NCBI GenBank assembly: GCA_947632545.1
Contig: CANRPP010000002.1
Span: 2,057 to 66,056 of the forward strand
Direction: 5' to 3'
DNA from: an uncultured Bacilli bacterium
GTDB lineage: Bacteria > Bacillota_I > Bacilli_A > RF39 > UBA660
Length of the DNA: 64,000 nucleotides
Below, one piece after another: positions 49,073 through 59,334 of this stretch (positions are counted from its first letter, which is position 1; every line of letters starts with the position of its first letter). The translations under genes and the position numbers were made by a program. The notes below the pieces were generated by a model. That model had not been told where the DNA came from. It was given only the letters and a program-made list of their open reading frames with translations, and searched no databases.

Positions 49073-49228
49073 TTATCTTGTAAAATTAATTGATAATGAA
49101 GTATTAGTATTTCTTAAATTTTCACTACTGTCTAATTCTTGTACTCTATTAGTTACCATAAAAGTACATATTACTGCTACTACATATATAGATATAATTA
49201 TTAGACCCTTTCTTAATATTTTTTTCAT
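49073..49228 (-). CDS. 51-codon small membrane peptide divergent from lexA (candidate SOS-regulated gene)
   Basis: ATG at 49228 preceded by a GGGAGAG ribosome-binding site. Encodes MKKILRKGLIIISIYVVAVICTFMVTNRVQ... with one transmembrane helix. Shares the LexA-box region with lexA. Confidence 0.3.
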   Translation of the reverse strand: MKKILRKGLIIISIYVVAVICTFMVTNRVQELDSSENLRNTNTSLSINFTR

Positions 49229-49262
49229 TATACATCTCTCCCTTCTGTAATTTAACTATATT

Positions 49263-49278
49263 ACAAACACTTGTTTGT
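49263..49278. promoter_or_regulatory. putative LexA operator (SOS box) 1
   Basis: Perfect inverted repeat ACAAAC-ACTT-GTTTGT. The core AAC-N4-GTT matches the Gram-positive Cheo box CGAAC-N4-GTTCG at the most conserved positions. Confidence 0.5.
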
Positions 49279-49292
49279 GTCAATATATTTTT

Positions 49293-49309
49293 GAAACATT
49301 TGTTTGACA
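49293..49309. promoter_or_regulatory. putative LexA operator 2 overlapping the lexA -35 (TTGACA)
   Basis: GAAAC-ATTT-GTTTG palindrome. Its right half overlaps TTGACA at 49304..49309, 17 nt upstream of TAAACT. This is classic autoregulatory geometry. Confidence 0.5.
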
Positions 49310-49352
49310 TTTTACATTAATAGTGTTAAACTAGTTATATAAGGAGGAAATT

Positions 49353-49970
49353 ATGGAAAAATTAACTGATAGACAAGCTGTAATACTTGATATATTAAAA
49401 AAATTAGTTGCTAAAAACGGGTATCCACCTACTGTTAGAGAAATAGGTAGTGCGGCAGGATTAAGTTCTTCTGCAACTACACAATTTCATTTAACGAAAC
49501 TTGAAGAAAAAGGATATATAAGAAAAAACAATAGTAAAAATAGAACTATTGAAATACTTGTACCTAATGAGTATATTGAAAAAGATGAAAATATTGTTGA
49601 AGTCCCACTTCTTGGGAAGGTAACAGCTGGTAATCCTATTGAAGCTATAGAAGTACCTAATGAATATTTCCCATTACCTGCTAATTTAGTTACACATAAA
49701 AAAGATGTCTTTACATTAAAAGTAAGTGGTGAATCTATGATTAATGTAGGTATATATGATGGAGATATTTTAATTGTAGAAAGACAAAATACAGCAAAAA
49801 ATGGTGATACAGTAGTAGCAATGAATAAAGATAATGAAGTAACTGTAAAAACTTTTTATAAAGAAAATGGATACTTTAGATTACAACCTGAAAATGATAC
49901 TATGGATCCTATTATTTTAGATCAAGTTACTATTTTAGGTAAAGCTATTGGATTATATCGTAAGTTTTAA
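49353..49970 (+). CDS. lexA: LexA repressor
   Basis: Winged helix-turn-helix N-terminus; Ala-Gly cleavage site (VTAGNP); Ser (GESM) and Lys (VKTF) catalytic dyad. AGGAGG ribosome-binding site. Confidence 0.95.
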   Translation: MEKLTDRQAVILDILKKLVAKNGYPPTVREIGSAAGLSSSATTQFHLTKLEEKGYIRKNNSKNRTIEILVPNEYIEKDENIVEVPLLGKVTAGNPIEAIEVPNEYFPLPANLVTHKKDVFTLKVSGESMINVGIYDGDILIVERQNTAKNGDTVVAMNKDNEVTVKTFYKENGYFRLQPENDTMDPIILDQVTILGKAIGLYRKF

Positions 49971-49986
49971 TTATAACATATTAAAA

Positions 49987-50009
49987 GGAGACTAAACTGT
50001 CTCTTTTTC
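49987..50009 (+). terminator. intrinsic terminator after lexA
   Basis: GGAGAC-taaact-GTCTC hairpin followed by TTTTTC. Confidence 0.5.
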
Positions 50010-51443
50010 TTTTCGCAAATTTACTGCTCTATATGCTTCTTCTATATCATTAAAATATATAGTCTCATTTTTTAATTTTTGATATGTTTCATTACCTTTA
50101 CCTAGTATTAATACCATATCATTATCTTTAGCGATATTAATAGCACGTTCTATCGCTTTTCTTCTATCAATTACTATTTCATAATTATCATGAGTTGATT
50201 TTAATTCTTTTATTATATCTTCACATATATCTTTAGGATCTTCACTTCTTGGATCTTCATATGTAAAAATTGCATAACTTGCATTATCAACTACAGTATT
50301 ACCTACTTTTGGTCTTTTTAAATAATCTCTCTCCCCTGCTTGACCTATTACTACTATAGAACGATTTATATTTAAAGTATGAACAAAATTAAGTAATTTA
50401 GATATTCCATTAGGAGTATGAGCATAATCTACCATAACATGATATTTTGTATCTGTATCTAATAATTCCAAACGACCACTAATTTTAATATTTTTAATAT
50501 TTTCAATTAAAGATTCTATAGGAAAACCTAATTTTAAACATAAAAGCATTCCTGCAGATAAATTATATACATTAAAATCTCCTAATAAGGGACTTTCTAT
50601 ATCATAAATTTTATCTTCATATTTCCATTTAATAGTAGTTTTATTAGGATAAATTTTAAAATCTATAATTTGTAAAGTATTAAAAGGCTCCATACCATAT
50701 GTATATACTTTACCATTACATACTTCTTTCATTTTACTATAATATTTATCATCACTATTTAAAATACAGATTCCATCTTTTTTAGTTCTTCTAAATAATT
50801 CTTGTTTACATGATAAATAGTTTTCAAAAGAACCATGTATATTTAAATGTTCACTAGTAATATTAGTATAAACACTTGCATCATATTCTAAATTTTCTAA
50901 TCTTTTTCTAAAATATGCTTCACTACTTACTTCCATTACTGCATAATTACATTTATCATCTCTAAAATCTCTTAAATATCTATAAAGTATGGTTTCATCT
51001 GGAGTTGTATTAGGATTATCATCTGCTACTTTATCAGCCCAACTTCTACCATTTGTTCCAATATAGGCACATTCTTTTTTACCTATTAATGTTTGAATAA
51101 TTGTCGCTGTAGAAGTTTTACCATCAGTACCTGTAACACCTATCATAGTTAATTCATCCTCTGGATAATCATAAAACTTTTGACATAATTTTGATAATTC
51201 TTTATTGGTATTATCTACTTTTATTATAGGAACTGATTTACTTCCTACATCACGACTTACAACAACTGCACTAGCACCTTTTTCTATTGCTTCATCTATA
51301 AAATCATGTCTATCAGCATTAACACCCATAGTACATACAAATAAATCACCTGGTGTTATTTCTTTTGAATTGATTTTTATGGCTTTTATTAATGCATTGC
51401 TTGAAGTATCATATAATTCACTTAATTTTTTCATATATTTCAC
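49992..51443 (-). CDS. murE: Mur ligase, MurE-like (UDP-MurNAc-tripeptide synthetase)
   Basis: Mur ligase ATP-binding motif GVTGTDGKTSTA; central and C-terminal Mur ligase domains; 483 aa. Confidence 0.7.
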   Translation of the reverse strand: MKYMKKLSELYDTSSNALIKAIKINSKEITPGDLFVCTMGVNADRHDFIDEAIEKGASAVVVSRDVGSKSVPIIKVDNTNKELSKLCQKFYDYPEDELTMIGVTGTDGKTSTATIIQTLIGKKECAYIGTNGRSWADKVADDNPNTTPDETILYRYLRDFRDDKCNYAVMEVSSEAYFRKRLENLEYDASVYTNITSEHLNIHGSFENYLSCKQELFRRTKKDGICILNSDDKYYSKMKEVCNGKVYTYGMEPFNTLQIIDFKIYPNKTTIKWKYEDKIYDIESPLLGDFNVYNLSAGMLLCLKLGFPIESLIENIKNIKISGRLELLDTDTKYHVMVDYAHTPNGISKLLNFVHTLNINRSIVVIGQAGERDYLKRPKVGNTVVDNASYAIFTYEDPRSEDPKDICEDIIKELKSTHDNYEIVIDRRKAIERAINIAKDNDMVLILGKGNETYQKLKNETIYFNDIEEAYRAVNLRKEKETV

Positions 51444-51543
51444 CCATAATAATTATACAGTAAAGTATTGTAAAATTAAAGTATTTTTATTGATAAGAAT
51501 TTATTTTTACGTTAAAATTATATAGATTATATGAGGTGATTAT

Positions 51544-52455
51544 ATGAAAAGTATCATAATAGGAGCAGGTTCTGATTTAGGTGTTCATATAGATGGTGCA
51601 CATCTTGGTCCTACTCAACTTATAAATGATTTAAAGAGTTTTTATAAAGGTGAGATTCTTAACTTTATGCAAGATGAAACTATTATAAAAAGTAGAAATA
51701 TTTCTGATAGAAGTAAAAATAGATATGAAGTTAATATGTTAAATGAAAAAATATATAAAGCTATATTGGATAAAATGAAACGTGGATATTTTCCTGTTAC
51801 TCTAGGAGGAGATCATTCTGTTTCTATTGCTAGTGCTCTTGCTAATGCTAAAGAAAATGAAGAAATTGGTATTATTTGGTTTGATTCTCATACAGATTAT
51901 AATACTTTTGAAACAACAATTACTGGAAATATTCATGGTCTACCACTTGCTACTATCAATGGTTATAAATGTGATGATTTAAGAACTTTCCATAGAGGTG
52001 ATACTATTGAGCAGTCAAGAACAGTTATAGTAGGTGCTAGAAGTATTGATGAAGCTGAAAAAGAAATATTAAAATATTCTAGTGTTACTGTTTTTACAAC
52101 AGAAGATATAAAACGTGAAGGTGTTAAAGCAATTGTAGATAAAGCATTTTCTATTGCTGGATATAAAACTAAAGGTATTCATGTAAGTTATGATTTAGAT
52201 TTAATTGATCCAGATGTAGCTCCAGGTGTTTCTGTTCCTGAATTTGATGGTATAAATGAAAATGAAGCGATGGAAATATGTGATTCAATTTTAGAACATT
52301 TTGATCAAGTAACTGCCTTTGATTTAGTTGAATTTAATCCCTTACGTGATGTTAATCGTAAAACGGAACAAATCGCTATAAATATTTTAGCAAAAACACT
52401 AAAAAGAATAGAAGAACTTCCAGAAAAAGAAGTTGATGATGCTTATTTAATATAA
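51544..52455 (+). CDS. arginase/agmatinase-family ureohydrolase
   Basis: Mn-binding motifs GGDHSVS, DSHTDYNT and SYDLDLIDP. Confidence 0.75.
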   Translation: MKSIIIGAGSDLGVHIDGAHLGPTQLINDLKSFYKGEILNFMQDETIIKSRNISDRSKNRYEVNMLNEKIYKAILDKMKRGYFPVTLGGDHSVSIASALANAKENEEIGIIWFDSHTDYNTFETTITGNIHGLPLATINGYKCDDLRTFHRGDTIEQSRTVIVGARSIDEAEKEILKYSSVTVFTTEDIKREGVKAIVDKAFSIAGYKTKGIHVSYDLDLIDPDVAPGVSVPEFDGINENEAMEICDSILEHFDQVTAFDLVEFNPLRDVNRKTEQIAINILAKTLKRIEELPEKEVDDAYLI

Positions 52456-52456
52456 G

Positions 52457-52496
52457 AAAAAATACAAGTTTAATTATTATACTTGTATTTTTATTA
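52457..52496. terminator. bidirectional intrinsic terminator between the arginase-like gene and ileS
   Basis: Stem AAATACAAGT / ACTTGTATTT flanked by A-runs and T-runs. Confidence 0.55.
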
Positions 52497-55400
52497 TTAT
52501 TTTATTTTTTCTACATCAATATATGCTTCAATATCATTTAACATATATTTATTATCTAATTCTTTTTTAGTTATAGATTCTGCTAAAGTCTCACCCATAA
52601 TATAGTCTTTATACATATCAATCATTTTATCTAGTACATCACATCCATTATAATAAATATTGATATGATCTGTTATTATAAAATCTTTTTCTTTTCTTAA
52701 ACTTTGAATAGTACGAACCATTTCACGAGCAAGTCCTTCTAATATTAATTCTTCTGTTAGATTAGTATTTAAAATTACACAAGTATTACTATCATTACTA
52801 GCAGCATAACCTTCTTTTACATTTATTGATATTAATGTATTAATACTATCTAATGTAAAGTCTTCTCCTTCTAATTTTATTGTTAATGGTTCTTTTGTAA
52901 CTTTATATGCATCTTCACTTGAAAGATTCTTTAATTCTTCTTGAAGAGATTTTATTTTTGAACCTAATTCTTTACCTAATACTTTAAAATTAGGTTTTAG
53001 TGAATATGTTAAATATGTTGTCATATCACTTTTATATGTAATTGTTTTTACATTTAACTCTTCTTTTATTATTTCATCTAGATTTCCTATGATATCTTTT
53101 ATACTAGAATCTAGTATAACTTCACTAATTGGTTGACGTACTTTTATATTAACTTCTTCTCTAGCATCACGTCCTAGACTACAAATATCTCTTACTAAAT
53201 CCATTTTTTCTTCTATATTTTCATTTATTAGACTTTCTTTCGCATCAGGGAAATCTGCTAGATGGACGCTTTCTTCATTAGTTAGTTTAGTATATATTTC
53301 GTCTGAAATAAATGGAGTTACTGGAGCAGTTATTTTAGCAAGTGTTACTAATACTTCATAAGTTGTTTGATAAACTGATTTTTTACTTAATGTTAATTCA
53401 CTATCCCAGAATCTTCTTCTATTACTTCTAATATACCAATTAGATAAATCATCATTTAAAAATGGAATAATGGCTTTTACTACTTTATTTAAATCATATT
53501 CTTCATAGCCTTCTATTACTGTTTTTACAAGTTTATTTAGTTTTGATAGTAACCATTTATCTATTAGTTCTCTATCTTCTACTTTAATGTTATATTCTCT
53601 TGGGTCAATATTATCTGCATTAGCATACATTTCAAAGAATGAATAAGCATTTTTAAATGTAGAGATATATTTAGAATAAATTTCTTTTAAACCTTCTTGA
53701 TCAAATCTAAGTGGTGTCCATACTGGAGATACATAAGGAAGATAAAATCTTACTGTATCAGCACCATATTCTTTAATTGTAGTGAATGGTTCTACTATAT
53801 TTCCTTTAGATTTAGACATTTTCTTTCCATTTTTATCTAATAATAAATCATTTACTAATACATTTTTGTATGGAGCTTTACCTGTTATAAATACTGAAAT
53901 TACTAATAGTGTATAAAACCATCCTCTAGTTTGATCTATTCCTTCTGCGATAAAGTCTGCTGGAAATTGTTCTTCCCATAATTCTTTATTTTCAAATGGA
54001 TAGTGATATTGACTAAATGGCATAGAACCTGAATCAAACCAACAATCTATTACATCTGTTACACGACTCATTTTTTTACCACACTCTGGACAAGTTATAT
54101 GAACATCATCAACATATGGTCTATGTAAGTCTATTTTCTCATCGATATTTTCAATTGCTTTTTCTACTAATTCTTTACGTGAACCTATCATTTCATCATG
54201 TCCACAACTACATCTCCAAAGTGGAAGTGGTGTTCCCCAATATCTATTTCTAGATATAGCCCAGTCTTTCATATTTTCTAACCAATTACCAAATCTTTTT
54301 TCTCCAACAAATGCTGGATGCCACTTAACTTCTTTATTTGCTTTTATAATTTTATCCTTTAATTTTGTTGTTTCAATATAAAAACTTGGTTTTGAATAAT
54401 AAATTAATGGAGTGTGACATCTCCAACAATGTGGATATTGATGCTTTATTTTTTGTTTTTTAAATAGTTTATCATTTTCTTTTAAATATTTAATTACTTC
54501 TATATCTGCATCAAAGACAAGCATACCTTTCCAAGTACCATCCATATATTTACCATCTTCACCTACTGGATTTAAATATGGTAAATTATAGTTTTTACCA
54601 ACTGCTGCATCATCTTCACCAAAAGCAGGTGCGATATGAACTATACCAGTACCATCTGCCATAGTTACATAATCAGCACATGTAACAAAGAAAGCTTTTT
54701 TATTAACTTTAAAATCAGGAATTAATTGTTCATATTCTAAATATTCTAAATCCTTACCCTTATATGTTTCTAATATTTTAACATCTTCACCTAAAACTTT
54801 AGATACTAATGTTTTTGCAAGAATAAATTTATTATTTTGTGATTCTACTTTTACATAATCTTCTAAAGGATTAACACATAGTGCTACATTAGATGATAAT
54901 GTCCATGGAGTTGTTGTCCAAACTAGAAAATAACAATCTTCATCTTTTTTCTTAAATGGTACTATTACAGTATTAGCAGTAATTTCTTCATAACCTTGAG
55001 CAACTTCATGGGAAGCTAGACCTGTACCACATCTTGGACAATATGGTAAAATTTTACTTCCTTCATAAAATAATCCTTCTTCAAAGAATTTTTGAAGTAT
55101 CCACCATTCTGTTTCTATATAATTATTATCATAAGTAACATATGGATTTTTTAAATCTATAAATTGTCCCATTTCTTCAGTAAGTCTTGTAAATGATTCT
55201 TCATTTTCCCATACAATTTTACGACACTCTTTATTAAATTTTTCTATACCATATTTTTCAATATCTTTTTTACCTGTAAATCCTAATTGTTTTTCTACTT
55301 GTAATTCTACAGGTAAACCATGCGTATCCCATCCAACTTTACGAAGAACTTTATGTCCTCTCATAGTTTGATATTTACAAAATGAATCCTTTAAAAATTT

Positions 55401-55586
55401 TGCCATCATATGATGAAGTCCAGGATGTCCATTAGCAGTAGCAGGTCCATCATAAAATACAAATTTTTCACTATCTACTCTATTATCTATAGTTTTATTT
55501 AAAATATTATATATTCCATCCCATTTCTTTAAAATATCCTTTTCTGCTTCGTTTGCTTTCTTATTTATTAATTTTTCAAATTTCAT
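52497..55586 (-). CDS. ileS: isoleucine--tRNA ligase (long, type-2-like form)
   Basis: Class I HIGH-like HPGLHH and KMSKS (KMSKSKGN). 1029 aa with zinc-binding Cys clusters. An upstream T-box carries an AUC specifier. Confidence 0.8.
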   Translation of the reverse strand: MKFEKLINKKANEAEKDILKKWDGIYNILNKTIDNRVDSEKFVFYDGPATANGHPGLHHMMAKFLKDSFCKYQTMRGHKVLRKVGWDTHGLPVELQVEKQLGFTGKKDIEKYGIEKFNKECRKIVWENEESFTRLTEEMGQFIDLKNPYVTYDNNYIETEWWILQKFFEEGLFYEGSKILPYCPRCGTGLASHEVAQGYEEITANTVIVPFKKKDEDCYFLVWTTTPWTLSSNVALCVNPLEDYVKVESQNNKFILAKTLVSKVLGEDVKILETYKGKDLEYLEYEQLIPDFKVNKKAFFVTCADYVTMADGTGIVHIAPAFGEDDAAVGKNYNLPYLNPVGEDGKYMDGTWKGMLVFDADIEVIKYLKENDKLFKKQKIKHQYPHCWRCHTPLIYYSKPSFYIETTKLKDKIIKANKEVKWHPAFVGEKRFGNWLENMKDWAISRNRYWGTPLPLWRCSCGHDEMIGSRKELVEKAIENIDEKIDLHRPYVDDVHITCPECGKKMSRVTDVIDCWFDSGSMPFSQYHYPFENKELWEEQFPADFIAEGIDQTRGWFYTLLVISVFITGKAPYKNVLVNDLLLDKNGKKMSKSKGNIVEPFTTIKEYGADTVRFYLPYVSPVWTPLRFDQEGLKEIYSKYISTFKNAYSFFEMYANADNIDPREYNIKVEDRELIDKWLLSKLNKLVKTVIEGYEEYDLNKVVKAIIPFLNDDLSNWYIRSNRRRFWDSELTLSKKSVYQTTYEVLVTLAKITAPVTPFISDEIYTKLTNEESVHLADFPDAKESLINENIEEKMDLVRDICSLGRDAREEVNIKVRQPISEVILDSSIKDIIGNLDEIIKEELNVKTITYKSDMTTYLTYSLKPNFKVLGKELGSKIKSLQEELKNLSSEDAYKVTKEPLTIKLEGEDFTLDSINTLISINVKEGYAASNDSNTCVILNTNLTEELILEGLAREMVRTIQSLRKEKDFIITDHINIYYNGCDVLDKMIDMYKDYIMGETLAESITKKELDNKYMLNDIEAYIDVEKIK

Positions 55587-55602
55587 AATTTATTCCTCCT
55601 TT

Positions 55603-56556
55603 TTATGCCATAATTACATAACTATAATATATAACAAATATTAATAAAAATATTAATCCTTCCTTTTTACTTATTTTATAATCTTTAAAACTAAATAGTA
55701 ATAATAATACTGCAGATAGTAACATTATAAATAAATCTATATAATTAAATGAGATATGTGATATATTTCCAAATATGGATATTGGTATACCAATTACTAT
55801 ACCTATATTAAAAATATTACTTCCTACAACATTACCTATTGCGATATCATATTCTCCTTTTTTAGTAGCAACTACACTTGTAACTAATTCTGGTAATGAG
55901 GTACCTAGTGCTATTATGGTTAGTGATATCATTCTTTCACTAACACCTAGTATTTTTGCAATATTACTTGCTTGATCTACTACTGCATTACTACCTAAAA
56001 CTAAACAACCTATACCAACTAGGGTATATATTATTGATTTAAGTATTCCATATTTTGGACCTTCTTTATCATCAGATTCTACTTTATTTTTCATAATAGT
56101 AAATAGGTAGTATATAAAGATTAAGAAGAATAGCAATATTACAATTCCATCTGATCTAGTTAACATATTACTCTTGGCACCTGAAAATAATTTATCATTA
56201 ATTAAGACAATAAATAATGATGTTATTAGAATTGTAATTGGTAATTCTTTTTTTACTGTAGTATTTTTAACTTTTAAATAATGAATACTTGCAGATACAC
56301 CTAATATTAATAATATATTTAATATATTACTACCAATGACATTACCAAGTACTATATCACCACTTCCACTGACCATGGATTTTATTGATACTGCAAATTC
56401 GGGAGCACTTGTACCAAATGCTACTATAGTTAGAGCAATAAGCATTTTAGATAAGTGAAAGTTCTCTGCAAGAGATGAGGCAGCATCTACAAATAAGTCT
56501 GCACCTTTAACTAGAACAATAAATCCAATTATTAAAATAATAATATTTATGATCAT
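55603..56556 (-). CDS. CaCA-family cation/calcium antiporter (YrbG-like)
   Basis: Two alpha-repeat motifs (GTSAPEFAVS and GTSLPELVTS), 10 transmembrane helices, 317 aa. Confidence 0.8.
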   Translation of the reverse strand: MIINIIILIIGFIVLVKGADLFVDAASSLAENFHLSKMLIALTIVAFGTSAPEFAVSIKSMVSGSGDIVLGNVIGSNILNILLILGVSASIHYLKVKNTTVKKELPITILITSLFIVLINDKLFSGAKSNMLTRSDGIVILLFFLIFIYYLFTIMKNKVESDDKEGPKYGILKSIIYTLVGIGCLVLGSNAVVDQASNIAKILGVSERMISLTIIALGTSLPELVTSVVATKKGEYDIAIGNVVGSNIFNIGIVIGIPISIFGNISHISFNYIDLFIMLLSAVLLLLFSFKDYKISKKEGLIFLLIFVIYYSYVIMA

Positions 56557-56585
56557 TTTATCTCTCCTTTTATAAATTATATGTA

Positions 56586-56841
56586 AAATAAAAACTATTC
56601 TTCCCTATAAGGACGAATAGTTTCGCGGTACCACCTTAATTTATGAATAAATTCATACACTCTTCCACTTAACGCGTGTTAACGATTTTGACTTATCCTC
56701 AAAATGCACTTGAAAGTGATCTAAATATTACAACTTGACTTCTTTGCACCAAACAGAAGCTCTCTATACAAGTTTTATAATATTCCGTCTTTCGCACTTG
56801 CTTACCAAAATAATATATCATATTTAAAAAGAAAAAGTCAA
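56586..56841 (-). promoter_or_regulatory. T-box riboswitch leader with isoleucine (AUC) specifier, promoter and terminator
   Basis: On the minus strand: -35 TTGACT (56836..56841) and TGATATATT extended -10. Stem I has a GAAAG/CTTTC helix, AGAGA, GGTG, and a specifier loop reading AGAUCA directly before the helix. T-box AAUUAAGGUGGUACCGCG at 56624..56641. Terminator AAACTATTCGTCC..GAAGAATAGTTT plus TTATTTT. Confidence 0.7.
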
Positions 56842-56854
56842 TTATATATTGACT
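56826..56854 (-). terminator. intrinsic terminator after ftsZ (stem overlaps the T-box promoter -35)
   Basis: AGTCAAT-tatat-ATTGACT hairpin followed on the minus strand by TTTTTCTTTTT. Confidence 0.55.
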
Positions 56855-56861
56855 CTTTATT

Positions 56862-58016
56862 TTAATAATTTCTATCTTTTAAAAATGGTGGCAAGTCGAA
56901 TTCACTATCATCATCGTCAGAACTGTCATTTCGAACTTCCTCTACTTTAGTTATTTCAGGTTCAGGTTCATGTTGAGAAAATGTTATTTCTTCTACTCTG
57001 TTTGTTCTTCTTGTTGGTTTAGCAACATTACTATATACAGGTCTATTCATATCATCTAATTCTTTATTTTTATCAAATCCAGTAGCAATAACTGTAACTA
57101 TAACTTCATCTGATAAGTTTTCATTAATAACTGAACCAAAAATTGTATTAATATCAGTATTTGCAGCTGCACGTACAACTTCTGCTGCTTGTTCAGCCTC
57201 AAATAATGTTAAGTTTACTCCACCAGTAATATTTATAATAGCATCTGTTGCACCATCTATTGAAGTTTCTAATAGTGGTGATGAAACCGCTTGTTTAGCA
57301 GCTTCTATGGCTCTATCTTCTCCCATACCAATACCAATTCCTATTATAGCATGTCCAGATTTTTCCATTACTGCTCTAACATCTGCAAAGTCTAAATTAA
57401 CAAGTCCAACTACAGCAATTAAATCTGAAATTGATTGAACACCACGACGCAATACATTATCAACTTCTTTAAATGCTTCTAACATTGGTGTTGATTTATC
57501 AATAATTTCTCTTAATCTATCATTAGGTATTACTATTAATGTATCAACATGTTTTCTTAATTCTTCTATACCTTCTAAAGCATTTTTCATTCTCTTTTTA
57601 CCTTCAAATGAGAATGGTTTAGTTACTATAGCAACTGTTAAGGCACCTAATGCTTGAGCTATTTCTGCAACTACAGGAGCGGCACCAGTTCCAGTACCTC
57701 CACCCATTCCACAAGTTACAAATACCATATCTGCACCTGCTAGGGCATCTTCTATTTCTTTTTTAGATTCTACTGCAGCTTCTTTTCCAATATCAGGTCT
57801 TGCTCCAGCACCTAATCCATCAGTTAATGATGCACCTATTTGAATTTTTACATCTGCTTTAGAACTATTTAATACTTGTAAATCAGTGTTTGCAGCGATA
57901 AATTCTACACCTTTTACACCAGATTCTACCATTCTGTTTATAGCGTTACCGCCTCCACCACCAAGACCGATAACTTTAATTTTTGCTAATTGATCCATTT
58001 CTAATCCGCCTATCAT
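56862..58016 (-). CDS. ftsZ: cell division GTPase FtsZ
   Basis: Tubulin signature [10 protein letters not shown]; GLGGGGGNA; acidic C-terminal tail with DLPPFL. True start may be the internal MDQ. Confidence 0.95.
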   Translation of the reverse strand: MIGGLEMDQLAKIKVIGLGGGGGNAINRMVESGVKGVEFIAANTDLQVLNSSKADVKIQIGASLTDGLGAGARPDIGKEAAVESKKEIEDALAGADMVFVTCGMGGGTGTGAAPVVAEIAQALGALTVAIVTKPFSFEGKKRMKNALEGIEELRKHVDTLIVIPNDRLREIIDKSTPMLEAFKEVDNVLRRGVQSISDLIAVVGLVNLDFADVRAVMEKSGHAIIGIGIGMGEDRAIEAAKQAVSSPLLETSIDGATDAIINITGGVNLTLFEAEQAAEVVRAAANTDINTIFGSVINENLSDEVIVTVIATGFDKNKELDDMNRPVYSNVAKPTRRTNRVEEITFSQHEPEPEITKVEEVRNDSSDDDDSEFDLPPFLKDRNY

Positions 58017-58029
58017 ATACCTTATCCTC

Positions 58030-59265
58030 CTAATTTTCGAAAAAACGACCGAACACTTTATTTATTATATTTAAATTATTATTACTTTCTGTTACTGATA
58101 TTAAAGTATTTATATCTTCTTCTTTTAATATTTTAACACTTTTATCTCTTAATGCAAACTTACTATCAATATATTTAATAATTCCAAGTACACTACTATA
58201 TTTATTATGTCTAATACCCATAGTAGAAATATTACATACTCTAGCTTTTATACCTAATATATCTTCTGCTAAATATTGAAATCCTGCAAGTTCGCTTACT
58301 CCTCCTGTTATAATTATATAACTAATTTCTCTTTTTGTTAAGTTTTTTATTTCTTTTTTTGCTAAATTAAGTATTTGAGCACATCTAGATTCTACTACTT
58401 TAGATGTTTCTAATTGATTTATTTCCTTTTTTTCTCCTGCAATTGTAGTAATTTCACATACTTCATTACTATCTGCATACTCTGAACTTGCTACTACAAA
58501 ATTTTCTTTTAAATCTCTAGCAACTTTACTATCAATTTTATATATATATATTAAATCATTATCTATATTTTTACTTCCTACATTAATAATTTTATTTTTA
58601 ATCATTATACCTTTATTAAAAACTGAAATATTTGTAGAGTCTTCTCCAATATTAACAATAGCTCCTGCCTCTTTATCATATATATCATTTTTTATTTCAT
58701 AATAGTCACCTGTTGAAGTATAACCTATATCTATAACATCTAATCCACTTAATTTTAATACTTCTAAAATTTTATATACTATTTCTTTAGGTGATGTTGA
58801 TACTAATACTTTTACACCTAATTCTTCACCTGTCATTCCTTTAGGATTTCTTATATTATCATTATCATCTACTCTAAATGCTATTGGTATTGCAGTTATT
58901 AATTCATAATCCTCATCTATTCTACCTTTTACAGCATCATTTATTACATTAGATATATCCTCTCCTGTTATTTTATCATCTATATCTAAAGAAGTAGATC
59001 CTACTAATATATCCATCTTACAATTAGTTGTAGGAATACAAGCAAATATTTTTGTAATTTTAATATTTAGTTTTTCACTTATTTTTCTTATAGCTTTTTT
59101 TAATGAATTAATTGCAAGTCTAGTATCTATAACATTTCCTCTTTTTATTCCTTCTGACGGAGAATCTATATTTGCAATAACATTAAAACTATTACCTGTT
59201 TTATTACATACTAATATCTTAATACTATTAGTACCTAATTCAATACTAGTATAATATTCATTCAT
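58030..59265 (-). CDS. ftsA: cell division protein FtsA
   Basis: Actin-fold N-terminus ([13 protein letters not shown]). ftsA-ftsZ order. Start set at MNEYY, which follows a GGAGAA ribosome-binding site. Confidence 0.85.
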   Translation of the reverse strand: MNEYYTSIELGTNSIKILVCNKTGNSFNVIANIDSPSEGIKRGNVIDTRLAINSLKKAIRKISEKLNIKITKIFACIPTTNCKMDILVGSTSLDIDDKITGEDISNVINDAVKGRIDEDYELITAIPIAFRVDDNDNIRNPKGMTGEELGVKVLVSTSPKEIVYKILEVLKLSGLDVIDIGYTSTGDYYEIKNDIYDKEAGAIVNIGEDSTNISVFNKGIMIKNKIINVGSKNIDNDLIYIYKIDSKVARDLKENFVVASSEYADSNEVCEITTIAGEKKEINQLETSKVVESRCAQILNLAKKEIKNLTKREISYIIITGGVSELAGFQYLAEDILGIKARVCNISTMGIRHNKYSSVLGIIKYIDSKFALRDKSVKILKEEDINTLISVTESNNNLNIINKVFGRFFEN

Positions 59266-59334
59266 ACTATCATTCTCCAATCTTAATAATATTATACTAT
59301 AAAGATAAAAAAACACCAAGTAATTTATTTATTT

